From contig NW_021831839.1 of the NCBI RefSeq assembly GCF_006345805.1, positions 56-64,055 of the forward strand: 64,000 nucleotides of DNA, read 5' to 3'. Below the pieces are notes generated by a model. It saw nothing but the letters and a program-made list of their open reading frames with translations, made no database searches and was not told where the DNA came from. The stretch's first letter is position 1. The number at the start of each line of letters is the position of its first letter. Shown piece by piece: positions 1 through 12,752 of the stretch. The position numbers were made by a program, and so were the translations under genes. This DNA is from Octopus sinensis. Its lineage: Eukaryota.

Positions 1-1914
1 ATAGAAATAAGCATTCTTGACTGCTATTTCTATTTTTTCGGTATGCGGTCAAGCAACCTGTTTTGCCTGTCCCTTTTTCTTATATACAATATATACTGAA
101 CTTTACAGAAGTTCCTGCCGGTAATCGGCTATATTTACATACCGAATTCTACCAGTAAATAATTGGGGTTTTTTCAAAAGCCTTTATAGAAATTATTTAC
201 TCTTATTATTATATTACTATTTGGATTTTTCACTCCCTTATGACAACCTAATTGTTCCCCAATTTATGGAACTATTTTTGTAATGCGCATGGCAAAATTT
301 TGGAGGGAAGATTTATGAATTCAAACGTCTATGTAGGTTTAGCTTTTGCTCACTTTCTTCAAATATTTTGATGTCGCATGGTCAGAAGGTTTGAGGTACG
401 TAGCATTTGATAAATCTATGATAAATCTTTTTCAATGGAAAGCTGTGCTGAAGAAGGATGTGAAATATATATGCAATGTATATGAAATATATATCAAAAA
501 TATATATGGAATATATATTCAATATGTTTATAATCCAGAACATGATGTTCACAGATAACCGCCAGACTTCGTATTCGTTATCTATTCCTTCTGTTTTGCA
601 TATGTGAATTACAGGGTCTGTCATGCCCGGAGTCCAACTTTGATAGAAATAAGCATTCTTGACTGCTATTTCTATTTTTTCGGTATGCGGTCAAGCAACC
701 TGTTTTGCCTGTCCCTTTTTCTTATATACAATATATATACTGAACTTTACAGAAGTTCCTGCCGGTAATCGGCTATATTTACATACCGAATTCTACCAGT
801 AAATAATTGGGGTTTTTTTAAAAGCCTTTATAGAAATTATTTACTCTTATTATTATATTACTATTTGGATTTTTCACTCCCTTATGACAACCTAATTGTT
901 CCCCATCTTATGGAACTATTTTTGTAATGCGCATGGCAAAATTTTGGAGGGAAGATTTATGAATTCAAACGTCTATGTAGGTTTAGCTTTTGCTCACTTT
1001 CTTCAAATATTTTGATGTCGCATGGTCAGAAGGTTTGAGGTACGTAGCATTTGATAAATCTATGATAAATCTTTTTCAATGGAAAGCTGTGCTGAAGAAG
1101 GATGTGAAATATATATGCAATGTATATGAAATATATATCAAAAATATATATGGAATATATATTCAATATGTTTATAATCCAGAAACATGATGTTCACAGA
1201 TAACCGCCAGACTTCGTATTCGTTATCTATTCCTTCTGTTTTGCATATGTGAATTACAGGGTCTGTCATGCCCGGAGTCCAACTTTGATAGAAATAAGCA
1301 TTCTTGACTGCTATTTTTATTTTTTCGGTATGCGGTCAAGCAACCTGTTTTGCCTGTCCCTTTTTCTTATATACAATATATATACTGAACTTTACAGAAG
1401 TTCCTGCCGGTAATCGGCTATATTTACATACCGAATTCTACCAGTAAATAATTGGGGTTTTTTTAAAAGCCTTTATAGAAATTATTTACTCTTATTATTA
1501 TATTACTATTTGGATTTTTCACTCCCTTATGACAACCTAATTGTTCCCCATCTTATGGAACTATTTTTGTAATGCGCATGGCAAAATTTTGGAGGGAAGA
1601 TTTATGAATTCAAACGTCTATGTAGGTTTAGCTTTTGCTCACTTTCTTCAAATATTTTGATGTCGCATGGTCAGAAGGTTTGAGGTACGTAGCATTTGAT
1701 AAATCTATGATAAGTCTTTTTCAATGGAAAGCTTTGCTGAATATATATTCAATATGTTTATAATCCAGAAACATGATGTTCACAGATAACCGCCAGACTT
1801 CTGTTTTGCATATGTGAATTACAGGGTCTGTCATGCCCGGAGTCCAACTTTGATAGAAATAAGCATTTTTGACTGCTATTTTTATTTTTTCGGTATGCGG
1901 TCAAGCAACCTGTT
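1..1914. repeat. Tandem array of a ~640-bp unit (copies start at 1, 643, 1288, 1853; truncated by the window start)
   Basis: ATAGAAATAAGCATTCTTGACTGC recurs at 1, 643 and 1288, with a one-base variant at 1853. Copies are near-identical, copy 3 has internal deletions, and copy 4 stops at a (TA)n tract. Confidence 0.95.
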
Positions 1915-1917
1915 CTT

Positions 1918-1944
<27 letters not shown>

Positions 1945-1948
<4 letters not shown>

Positions 1949-2400
1949 AATATGTTACATTACTCGGTAGTCAAGATAAAACTCTGAGTTTCAGATGCCG
2001 AAGTGGAAATCCACAACACCATCTCTTCGGTTATCTGGCTATTTGAAAACGCTAGGAAAAAATACCGTTAAATAAAGGGAAATTACTCTGTTATAACTCT
2101 GTTTGCTCGCATTTTTCGTCATAAAAATTATATAAAAATACATAAAAAATATATAAAAATATATAAAAATATATAAATTCTTCTTGGGACATAACATAGA
2201 AAGCATGTTCTGTCTGTTTTCTTTAGGGGACCAAAAACGTAACAGAAATTTAGTCACACGTGGGCATGATCCGAAAAGCTCTGTCCTTGTATTTAGACAT
2301 GTAGTAGGGTCTAAGCTGCTTTTCCAGATAAGCCAACTCTCCATGTCGCATAGACCGCACCTTCCGCTGCTGTTGGTATAGGGCTTACATCTGGCCAAAA
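1945..2400 (-). mobile_element. Penelope-like element 3' end (GIY-YIG C-terminus plus pseudo-LTR) abutting (TA)n
   Basis: Minus ORF 2039-2398 ARCKPYTNSSGRCGLCDME...CLNTRTELFGSCP fits the PLE endonuclease C-terminal pattern (RCxLC..EK..I...LNxRxE...CxH). It is followed by a hammerhead motif and (TA)n at 1917-1944. Confidence 0.75.
1975..2035 (-). ncRNA. Minimal type-I hammerhead ribozyme (core variant CCGAAGA)
   Basis: Minus strand: GAUAA-CCGAAGA-GAUG...CAUC-U-GAAA-CUCAGAG-UU-UUAUC. Stem I is GAUAA/UUAUC and the cleavage triplet is GUU. Confidence 0.65.
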
Positions 2401-2404
2401 TCTT

Positions 2405-4460
2405 CCATTGTATGTTATAAAGGCAGCACTCGCAGAACCACCAAAGTTGGAAGAAGTTGCAATGGCTGTCTCAGTGTTGAATAATGGGAAGTTTCCGGGT
2501 ATGGATGGCATACATGCGGAGTTGTTACAGTATGGTGGTGAGAAACTTCTGCAGAAACTTCACTCTTTGTTTGGTAAGATATGGACTAGTGAATCTGTAC
2601 CTGAGGACTGGAGAGATACAGTAATGGTGGTCCTGTATAAGGGAAAGGGCAACAGGAATGATTGGGGTAATTATAGGGGAGTATCATTGCTGTCTGTCGT
2701 AGGAAAGGTTTTATGCATGGTACTAAAGATCGTCTGCTGAAATACGTTGCAGACTGTGTTCTTCAAGAAAGTCAATCTGGCTTTCGTGTGGGATGTGGCA
2801 CTACTGATATGATCTTTTCAGCTAGACAGCTTCAGGAGAAGTGAGGAACAGGGTCTGGATTTGTATCAGTTTTTTGTAGATCTGACAAAAGCCTTTGATA
2901 CCGTCAATAGAAAAGCATTGTGGAAAGTCCTCCAGAAACTTGGGTGTCCTGAAAAGTTCCTTGCTTTGGTTAGGTCTTTTCATGAAGACATGAATGGTAG
3001 GGTGAATGTTAGAGGGAAAATGTCGGAGGCCATTGCAATACAAAATGGAAATAGGGGGATATCCTGGCACCGACTCTATTTGCCATATATTTTGCGATGG
3101 TGTTCTGTATTGCATTCAGAAACTACAGATACGGTGTTTACATCCATTATCGAACCTCTGGCAGCATATTTAATATCAGGCACTTTGCTGCGAAAACAAA
3201 GGTATTTACCTCTATCATGAGAGACCTTTTGTATGCAGATGATTGTGATCTAGTAGCACACACAGAGATTGATATGCAACACATTTTTAATGCATTCTCA
3301 GATGCTTGCACTGCCTTAGGATTGACAGTCAATCTCAAGAAAACTGTTGTCATACATCAATCTGCCCCTGGTAAGCAGTATAGTGTACCAAATATCTATG
3401 TGTATGTTAAACGACTTGATGTAGTTGATCAGTTTGTCTACCTGGGAAGCACTATTAATAGATATAGCAATTTGGATGATGAAATTCCACATAGAATTAG
3501 GAAAGCAAGTGTTGCTTTCGGAAGGGTAGAAAAGCGCCTCTGGAGTCGCGAGACATATGCAGAAAGACAAAAAAAAAGTTGTACAAGGCATGTGTGCTCC
3601 CTTCTCTTCTCTATGACTGCGAGACGTGGGTCACCTATCGATACCACCTTAAACAACTGGAACGTTTCCATCAGATTTGTTTCAGACGGATCTATGGCAT
3701 CAAGTGGAAGGACCGCATCAGTGATCTTCAAATATTGGAAGGCTCTCGGTGTGAAAGTGTAGAAGCTCTTGTGTTAAAGCGAAGGCTCAGATGGAGTGGT
3801 CATCTGGTCAGGATGAAGGATTCAAGGATGCCAAAACAACTCTTTTATGGAGAGTTAGCTAAAGGAGAACAACCTCCACATAAATGAAAAAAAAAGGATA
3901 TCTCTCCTGACACATGGGAGGACATAGCTATTGACCATAGTAGGTAGAGAAGAGTTGTGCATGAGGGGACAGCTACTTTTGAGAAATCTTGAGTTGGGCA
4001 TCAGAAAGCGAGGAGGGATGTCAGGAAGAGCATTGCAGTGGCACTGCCAGACAGTAAAGATCTCCTTATGATGTTGAAATGCACTGTCTGTGAAAGACCC
4101 TGCCTCAGTAATGCTGGACTCAAGAGTCATCTTCGTAGTCATAAAGCAAGACCAATGATTGACTACCAGGCCACTGGTGGTGGTGCTACACACCATACTA
4201 ATCATATCTTTCAGGCATGTGGAAGGGAGTGTGATTTGGCGGGAGGACTAAAACGACATGCAAAGGTACATGAAGCCCAATTACAACTACAGCCAGCATT
4301 GCCAATAAAGGTTTTAGCTACCAATTCTGTACAAGACATAGTAGATCTTTAGCTGGACTGAAAAGTCACATTTGATCACAGCACCATTAACAACTAAGCC
4401 TCGTGCAATGGCCATACTCGATTACGAGGAGGCAGCCATCATGTATGTATGTATTATGTA
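2405..4460 (+). mobile_element. 5'-truncated, decayed RTE-clade LINE (RT plus C-terminal C2H2 fingers)
   Basis: Frameshifted ORFs 2408-2740, 2861-3220, 3097-3762 (LLYADDCDL), 3579-3887 (RRLRWSGHLVRM) and 4038-4352 (CxxC...HxxxH twice). The 3' end runs into (ATGT)n. Confidence 0.9.
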
Positions 4461-4739
4461 TGTATAATATCTTTACCTGTATGTATATAAACATTTACGT
4501 ATATGTATGTGCACGTATTACTTGGTAAACTTCTTGATTGTTTTACATATTTTGATAGCGCTCTTGATTACTTGTAATCTTTTGATTAGGTGTGTTCTTT
4601 CTGACTTTATGTGCTTCCAAAACCCTTGATAGAAATATAGAACCATATTCTGGATCGATTAAAAGCAGATTTCTCATCCATTCAACTCAGATGTGTTCTC
4701 TTTTACTCATCTTTAATATTATGTTAACAACAATGGCAA

Positions 4740-4855
4740 ATACGACTGGAGTCTGGTGCAGTCCTTCATCTCACCAGTCCTGGTCAAAACATCCAACTCA
4801 TGCCAGCACAGACAACAGATGTTTAAATGATGATGATAATGATGATGAACTACTG
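4740..4855 (+). mobile_element. SINE/RTE 3'-tail fragment ending in (GAT)n
   Basis: GACTGGAGTCTGGTGCAG...CCAACTCATGCCAGCA...GTTTAAATGATGATGAT matches the tails at 62615-62720 and 63487-63590. Confidence 0.75.
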
Positions 4856-4879
4856 AGTGACTGATTACAAGTGTGTAGA

Positions 4880-5580
4880 TCATTAAATCTGGTCGGTTAA
4901 GTTTACATTTTGTTAGTCTATAAGAACATTCCATTAGGATTCTTTCATATTCTGTTGGATTATATTCTCCATATCTCAGTAGCTTCTTGTATTAGTATCC
5001 TCAGGATTATTATTTCTATGGAAGTTTTTTCTAATGATTTGGGTGGTCTATATCCTTTTTGTCAATTTTATTCCTCAAGCAGTTGTTATTTCTGGTTCTA
5101 GTATTGCAAAAGCGTATCCTTTAAAGTAAGAGTTAATATCTTGTTGTTAATAACTCTGGTTATCAGTGCTGGTGTTACTTTGAAGATTTCTTTGAACATA
5201 GCTGTGTATGGCTTTTTTTTGTGATGTGTATACAGCTTCTCTTCTCAAGATTTGTTGAAGTAGAGTTTTTCGACTTCTCTGGGTGTGTATCCCTGATCAT
5301 AGGTCAGAGAATACTTTCTTAAAAGCTCCTTTCAAACTCTTATGATGTTATCTGCCTCGTATATGTAGCCACAATCCATAGCTAAATTTCAACATCTGGT
5401 GGTCAGTAGAAGCTGTTGAAGGGATATGATGTGACATTCAAATGCTGTTTAAATTGATTCTAAGCATCTGCAGCTTTAATTTTATTTTAAGTAAAAGCAG
5501 TCTATGTCAGTTTTTCTATAAATTAACAATTTGGTGTCTTCAACATCAATAATTGAGATCTTATCTAGCATCTAGTTAAG
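4880..5580 (-). mobile_element. Decayed R4/Dong-like (RLE-type) LINE C-terminal fragment
   Basis: Minus translations SYFKGYAFAILEPEITT and ILMECSYRLTKCKLNRPDLMIY resemble the FEGY.FAIQEQEI and ANRPDI motifs. The sequence is heavily decayed. Confidence 0.5.
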
Positions 5581-5589
5581 AAGTCCAAA

Positions 5590-8500
5590 TGTTGATATGA
5601 GTACCAGTATGGTTTACATATTAGGGGTAATGGCTACCCTGTTGTACAACAGGACAGACAAAATACAATTCCTCCAGATTTCATGCTCTGCCTGGACAGG
5701 GCAGTGCATTTCAGCCATGGAAAACCCTCCGGACTGGGTATGCATGGGTGAAAAAGTTACCCTCTGAGTTCAAGCAGAGGATAAAAAAGGTCACTTGCTT
5801 CGAATGTGGAAAAAAAGGTCACATTCGAAGCGATTGTGAAATAAAAAAGAAGAGGAGGAAAAGAAGAAAAAAAGATAAAAAAACTCTTACAGACACCAGT
5901 CCCCACAACTATTCAAAACATCCCCAAACCCACACCTACACTAGCTCACACAAAAACAAATGCTCCCAATCTCCCTGTTGTGGTGCCACCTCCAAACAAA
6001 GTAATGAAAAGACCCAACCCCAGCATACACAAACCCCCACATTAATAAAAAAAACCCGCCTACCTGATTTCTGAGGCACCTTGTATTTCAAACACAACAT
6101 CCCCAGACGACACCATGGAGATGTCCAAAGGGGAATTCACAACAATTCGCAAACATTTACATGCACCTTCCCCACCCACATCCCCACGGGAAAAAAGACA
6201 ACCCTACACCACAGATAACAAAAATAAGACCCCACTCCATCGCCCCAGAAAAAAACACAAAAGAATGAAGAAACAATTTTAATCGAATATGACTCTAAAG
6301 ACAATTACTTGGAAGGACAAATTCCACAACACATTACGGTGAAACTTTTGAATCTAAATGACACACATATGAATCGTGCCTGGATGGGGGAAAACCTATT
6401 CAGGCAGATGAAGGATAGGCATCTGAGAGGCATCAGGAGGGTCAAAGACCAACCCGAATGCCTGGAGAAGGACAGAAAGGAGGAGGCTGACTCACGTTTG
6501 GTGAGATTGGCCCCAGAATCTCCAAGTAAGGGTAAGTAGAGCCTTTGTTTTTTTCTCCCAGGTTTATGGTTTCACTTAACTTGGGGTGCTTAAATGTACA
6601 TGGTCTGAGCTTGAAGTGGAAGCAAGCTTGCCTCCTCGATGACCTCAGATCACATGATATACATGTGATGGTTGCTACAGAGACCAAGCAGGACAGTTTG
6701 AAAACCTTCTTGCCCCTCCTGAATGGCTATGAAAAAACTATGTCTCCTAGCCAGACTGGAAGTCGAGGGGGTGTAGTAGTACTTGTCTGAAAAGGCTTGA
6801 CTCTGCAGACAAGTACAGTCTATGTGGACTCTGAAGGTGGGCTGGTCGTTCTTGATATGAGGTACAGTGGTAGATCCTTCAGGTTGATCGGAATCTATGC
6901 ACCCTGTGCTAGAGGATTGCAAACAAATTTTTATCAACGCCTAGAGACCTTTCTCATAACGTCAAAGACATTAATGGTGTTAGGTGACAATAATGCTCTC
7001 GTTGATGCACGCATTGACAGTGTTGGCTCAATTGATAGGAAAATGAACTCACGTCTCATAGATCTGCTTAAGCGATTTCAGCTAGAGGATTGTTACAGAC
7101 TTGACCATCTGAATGTCCCAGAGTGAACCTGGATGAATGGCGATAGAAAGTTCAAGTCTTACTTAGATAGGATAGTGATAAGAGCTAGAGATAAGGCTAG
7201 CTTTATTTGTCCACATCTTGTTCAAGTATCCTACACGGACCATAGAATGGTTAAGTGTAAGCTGAACATAGATAGTGCAGTTAAGAGAGGATCCGGTTAC
7301 TGGAAGCTGAACAAGTCTATTTTGACTTGTGAAGCATGCCGTAGTCAGATTAAGGAATTAGTATAGAGAGCGTTAACTGGCTCTGTGGTTAATAACTGAT
7401 GGTTAATAACTGAATTAATGTTGCCAGATAAGCCCGTACGGTAGAAACCCAGTGTGGCAATGATGCCACAATTAGGTCTCTGACTGATGATAGTTGGAGT
7501 TCAGTCGAAAGACAGGACGAGATGTGTGAGGCACTTTACGAACACTTTGCTGAGTTGTTCGGGATGAGTGGGAAGCTGGATCATGATGAGGCCCTTAGGG
7601 GCTTCCTGTCTGGTGGCCCATGTCTCTCGGTGTGAGAAGCTGAGTGCTGTGAAGGGTCAATCACAGCCGAGGAGGTGATTGAGGTGCTGGAAGGTGATCC
7701 CGGGCAGGTTGATCCGTGACAATCTCCATCTTCAATGTTACACCTTAGAGAGGGTAGGGAATCTTTCTGGCACAGGAGGGGCACTGGTACATTTAGACCA
7801 GTCTAAAGCGTTTGATAGGGTCGACCATCGGTACTTGGCAGTAGTCCTTGGAAAGGCTGGCCTAGGCCCAACCTTCCATGGTTGGATTGCTGCTTTGTAC
7901 AGCAACATCGATTCTGCAGTCAAAGTAAATGGATTCTTCTCGAAACCATTCAGGATCGAACTCTCAGTGCGTCAGGGGTATCCCCTGTCTCCGCTTTTGT
8001 ATGTACTGGCTCTTGAGTGATTGCTGCAGAAGCTGGAAGCACTAGGAGGCACACCGAATGATCTGTGGTGTGGAGGTGGAGCTACAGTGTATGTGGATGA
8101 CATCTCCATCATTGTGGTGGATGAGAGCCAGCTTCCAGTGGTGGAAGAGGCCATCAAAAGTTATGAGGTGGTGGCGGGAACAAAGGTTAACAAGGACAAG
8201 TCAGTCGGTTTGCAACTCAGCACGTGGAGAGGCAAGCCGATGTCGTCCAATAATGTTGTAGGGCATTGGACAGAAGGTCCTGTTAAGCTGCTTGGCGTCT
8301 GGTTTGGACCAGACCTCCAGATAGAGAAATATTGGAGTGAGGTAGCCAGTAAGGTGACTGCTCTGACCCAGACTTAGTCTGGGCAGATGTTATCCTTGCT
8401 AAGGGAGGTGGAGTTGGTGTAGATGTTTATAGCATCTGTTATCACCTACCGTCTGACCATGGTGCCTTGCCCTGATTTGTGGCTGAACAAGTTGGAGAGA

Positions 8501-9662
8501 ATCTTTTTCTGCTTTCTGTGGAAAGGAGGAAAGCCTCTTGTGAAGCGCTCTGTCTGCTGCCAGAAGCCACTGAAGGGTGAGCTAGGGATGCCTTTTCTGA
8601 GGATGAAAAATTTGTGTTACAGCTGAGGCACCTCTGGATTTACCTGGATGGAGAACAGGTGTGGTAACTGCACGTCTGGTTCTACCTTCCGAGGTTAAAG
8701 TCCTTAACAAACACTGGTACATGGATCAAGCAGAGACCTAAACTAGGGGATTGGCATTTGGAGTGACATAAGGCACTCTCGGGCAGACAATGCCGGCAGC
8801 AGAAGTTCCACCACAGATTTTTATAGTGGGTTAGAGGGATTAATGTCTGAAGACGCCTTGGGGGAGACCCTGGGCTACGATGAAAATCAGTTGATCAACC
8901 TGTTCAGGAGAACATTCGGGACAGGGTATCTGGATAATTACCAGAAATCCCTTGCTTGGCAGTGCTTCCATGTGGTGTTACTGGTTCGTGATAAGCTTTC
9001 AAGGCACGGAAGTGCCACCTCACCATCATGTTCGAGATGTGGGCAGGACAGGGAAACCATCTTGCAATGCATTCGTGGGATGTCCGCAATTATCGGGATT
9101 GATAGCTTTCACAGAACGACTGTTGTCATCGATGGGAAGAGTACAGCTATCAGCTGAATCCATCATCAAGATTGTGCTGCTTTCTTCTCTTAGCAGGGAA
9201 AGGAAGGCCTGTTTTTATGGTGTGGTAGCCATTTTAAAAGAAACGGTATGGAAGACACATGTGAAAGGGATTGTGATGGGTACTTTTGTATCTGACTAAG
9301 GGTTGGTCAAATTTTTTAGTTACCACCTCAACAGCAAGATCAGGCTGGGGAAGCAGTACCTGTCACGTGAGAAATTCGAGATGAGATGGAAGCCTGTGGT
9401 AAGAAAGCTGGGAGTGATTGGCACCAAGTATGTGGAGAGCTGGAAGAAAAGCAAAGGCCCCACCCTGATGTCAGATGCCTTTCTTTCGGTGTCACATTGC
9501 ATAACGCAATGTATTTTATATTATTTTATTTTTAATTATTCGCCTTTTTCATATTTTTAATCAATTCATAACAACGCTTTAAGCTACTTCACTATTCTAT
9601 GTTTGTCTGTCCTTGTTTGTCCCCTTTGTATTATGCCTACATGGCAAATTTATTGAAATAAA
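5590..9662 (+). mobile_element. Tx1/L1-clade LINE, copy 1 (decayed ORF1 zinc knuckle plus APE-RT ORF2)
   Basis: ORF1 CFECGKKGHIRSDC. APE motifs LNVHGL, VATET, GDNN, TDH and GYWKLN. RT motifs DQSKAFDRVDH, SVRQGYPLSPLLYVLALE and YVDD. C-terminal CSRCGQDRET. AATAAA at ~9657. Confidence 0.92.
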
Positions 9663-10035
9663 GTAGCTTCCTTACCAACCACATGGTTTCTGGTTCAGTC
9701 CCACTGAGTGGCACCTTGGGCAAGTGTTTCTACTATAGCCTCAGGCCGACCAAAGCTTTGTGAGTGGATTTTGTAGATGGAAACTGAAAGAAGCCCATCG
9801 TATATATGTATATGTATATATATGTGTGTTTGTGTGTGTCTCCACCAACATTGCTTGACAACCGATGCTGGTGTGTTTACGTCGCTGTAACTTAGCAGTT
9901 CAGCAAAAGAGACCGATAGAATAAGTACTGGGCTTACAAAAGAATAAGTCCTGAGGTTGATTTGCTCATCTAAAGGTGGTGCTCCAGCATGGCCACAGTC
10001 AAATGACTGAAACAAGTAAAAGAGTAAAAAGAGTA
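9662..10035 (+). mobile_element. tRNA-derived SINE with internal (TA)/(TG) tract, 5' head clipped
   Basis: Homologous to the full minus-strand copy at 48371-48773. Has a B-box-like GGTTCAGTCCC and the tail GGTGCTCCAGCATGGCCACAGTCAAATGACTGAAACAAGTAAAAGAG. Confidence 0.85.
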
Positions 10036-10639
10036 AAAGTCATATAAATACATACATAGAGCTGCAACTGCGTGTATGTATGTGTGCATGTGCGTGTGTA
10101 TGTATGTGTGTGTGAGTGTGTACACTGATGGATTTCAGGGTTTTGCCTATAGAGGAGTTGATTACTTAATTTCACTGGAGTATAAATACCTTTAATGGCG
10201 ATACTTTTAAAAAAATTAATTCAGTTCAATTAAAAAGCATGGGCAAGCAACACATTACAATCTACACTATAGTTTATGAAAAATATAATCTGTGCATAGG
10301 ATATGCATTGCCCCTCCAATGCCTTTATTTTTCATTATATAAGATAATTGCTTTGTTCATTTGTCTCTTCCTGGGTGGTATATGTACCAATCACCTGTGA
10401 CTCAACACTTACTACATATTACATTCAGTGACAGCTGACAAAGTGAATATTCAGAAAAACAATCACATTTATCTGTGTAGTAAATATTCCATATTTTGTT
10501 TTATGTGGTATATTTGAGTCCATTCTTTGCCCTCAAAGTGAGCTAAGATTGTACTTCCTGGGTTCATGTCTGAACTAAGATTATCCTGTCTGGGTTCAAG
10601 TGCATTTAATCTACTTATAGACAGTAGGTTGTTGCTGTT

Positions 10640-11900
10640 AACTAGATGACCTAATTAGTAGAGGAGTAGGATGTTCTGAAAGCACAGTTGCTAAAATTAG
10701 AAGTGAGTGAAGAAACTTCTGAGAGCTATTACCTCTGTTGGTATGAAAAAGCGTCTCTCTCAGACTGATATTGTGCATGAACAGCAATGCTAAATGGTAG
10801 TGAAACATAGTCCTCGAAAGCAGAAGACATGTAAAGGTTGCAAAGAAATGAAATTAGCATGCTTTACCAGATGTGCAAAGTCAATATGCAATATGCTACA
10901 AAGTGCAAATCTGCTGAGAGAAAAATTGGGTATAAGAGTTATCCGATGTAGTGTGCAAGGAAGAAGACTACACTGGTATGGTACTGTGATGCACATTGAT
11001 GTGCTAAATGTAGATGGAATTTATAGAAAAGGGAAACCCAGGAAGATATGGGATGAAGTAATGAAGATCGATTTCATGATATTGAGCCTCATGCAAGAGA
11101 TGATAAAAACAGAGATGACTGGTGACTTGCTGTGCTCAAGAAGACCTTTTTATCTCAACCAAAAAAATGAGATTCTAAAAGCGTATTATATACGCCTATA
11201 ACCCTACAAAACATCTGTCCCGATCAAACCTTTTCTACAACTCATCTTTATAACATCAGCCGCTTCATCACTCTTTTAATTATAGCACTATTTACTCAAA
11301 TACTGTAATTACAAGAGAACAAAGCTGCACATATTTCATCCAACTTTTGTTTTTGGCACCACTTCTCTTGTCAACCATCTTTTATTCGCAATATTACCTC
11401 TTACCACTATATTTTCCACTGAATGCCCCATTAACCCTAAACAGCTTTGCATATTAATTTTGACTTTTATATACCTCTGTACAGTACTCACCTCTCTCTC
11501 CAACTCCACACGCTTCACATCATCTCTCTATTTCTCTCCACAACTGACCCTTTAAGTATTGCCACTTATCACCTCATCTTCCCTGATCCATTCCTATTTT
11601 CCTTCACTTCTTTCCAAACTGAAATTCAGAATTGAGTTACTTTGTGGCCTCATTAGTGACAATACTCTTAAAAGAACATCCAGTACACTCTGTGAAATGA
11701 CTGGCAATAGGAAGGACACCCATCTGTAGAAACTGTCGTAAAAAGCAGACATTGGCATTCAACACAATCCTCTGGCTTATCAGATTCTGCCAAACAGTTC
11801 AACTAATGACAGCATGGAAGACAAACGTAAAATGACGATGATACTGATAATAATGATGGTGATGATGATGGGGAGGATGATGATGGTGATGATAACAATG
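10640..11900 (+). mobile_element. Old RTE LINE 3' fragment with pyrimidine-rich UTR and (GAT)n tail
   Basis: ORF 10794-11201 LREKLGIR...RRLHWYG...GKPRKIWDEV is homologous to 61341-62006. Confidence 0.75.
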
Positions 11901-12094
11901 ATGAGGATGATGGTGATTTCAGAACCGTCTGAAGGTAACCTAAGCTTCGCCGGTCTGTTTGATAAACGAGAGCCAGCTTTGAGATGCGGAATTGGGGATA
12001 GTGTAAAAAGAATAACTCCTGAAAATGAGAAAGAGGTGGGTGGAGGTGAACAAAAACGAAATTAGAGAGCCAAAAATAAAGACAAGAATTATGG

Positions 12095-12548
12095 TGTAGT
12101 GACACTTCTGTGTAAGTTTCAGTGCACATGCGCAGAATTGGATTACCTCCGGTTGGCCACCAGAAGTTTCCTCATGCGCATGCGCAGGAACTTCAACCTG
12201 AAAGCGTGACCACTAAATCGGTCTTTCTAGCAGAGCAGAGCTAGCGATCGGACGTGGCTCGACTTCTCTCAGGGAACACCCTACGCACAGAGAAGCTCCC
12301 ACTTCGAAGCGGAACGAACACCGTATCTTCTTGGCTCACACGAGTGAACATTGTAAACAGTCCTGTGGACTCGGCTGCCAGTTTCCCCACAAGAAATACA
12401 TATGTATATGTTTTACCTGTGAACCGCAGAATAAACTACTATTGTTGTTATTGAAGACAGCCTGACTTTGGTTCCGTATCTTCAACTTGTATGTGACAAG
12501 ATCAGACCGGACACCCCACCAGTGTTCCTGAACTCTCATCCTGTTACA
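12095..12548 (+). mobile_element. Putative LTR (TGTAGTGACA...GTTACA)
   Basis: Starts with the same 10 nt as the solo LTR at 59445-59948 read on the minus strand and ends in TTACA. AATAAA at 12430. No matching TSD (ATGG vs AGAG). Confidence 0.55.
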
Positions 12549-12752
12549 AGAGAAACAGAGAAAGAAAACAATAATTACCGCTCTTTCTATCTGATCGGTC
12601 ATGTTATTCTTTGCTCCGCAGTGAAAGATTGTTTTTGTGCTGAAAATTGTGAAAATTTGCTGTTTTGGTCGTCGAGACCACTTCTTTTCTGCTGTTGCAG
12701 CAGAGTTTTGCTCTTCTTTCCCCCTTGTTTCAGGGGCGAAGCGACGAAAAAC

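Noticed and set aside
7484-7520. CTGATGA...GAAA hammerhead-like string
   Set aside because: It lies inside Tx1 ORF2, has no proper helix II and no UH cleavage triplet, and is not conserved in Tx1 copy 2.
5590-9700. Tx1 copy 1 targeting the tRNA head of a SINE
   Set aside because: The SINE head is clipped at the LINE 3' end, but the missing 5' piece or a TSD was not found at the LINE 5' end.
12175-12186. NRF1-type motif as a host-gene promoter
   Set aside because: It lies inside an LTR-like repeat, and no host exon could be linked to it.
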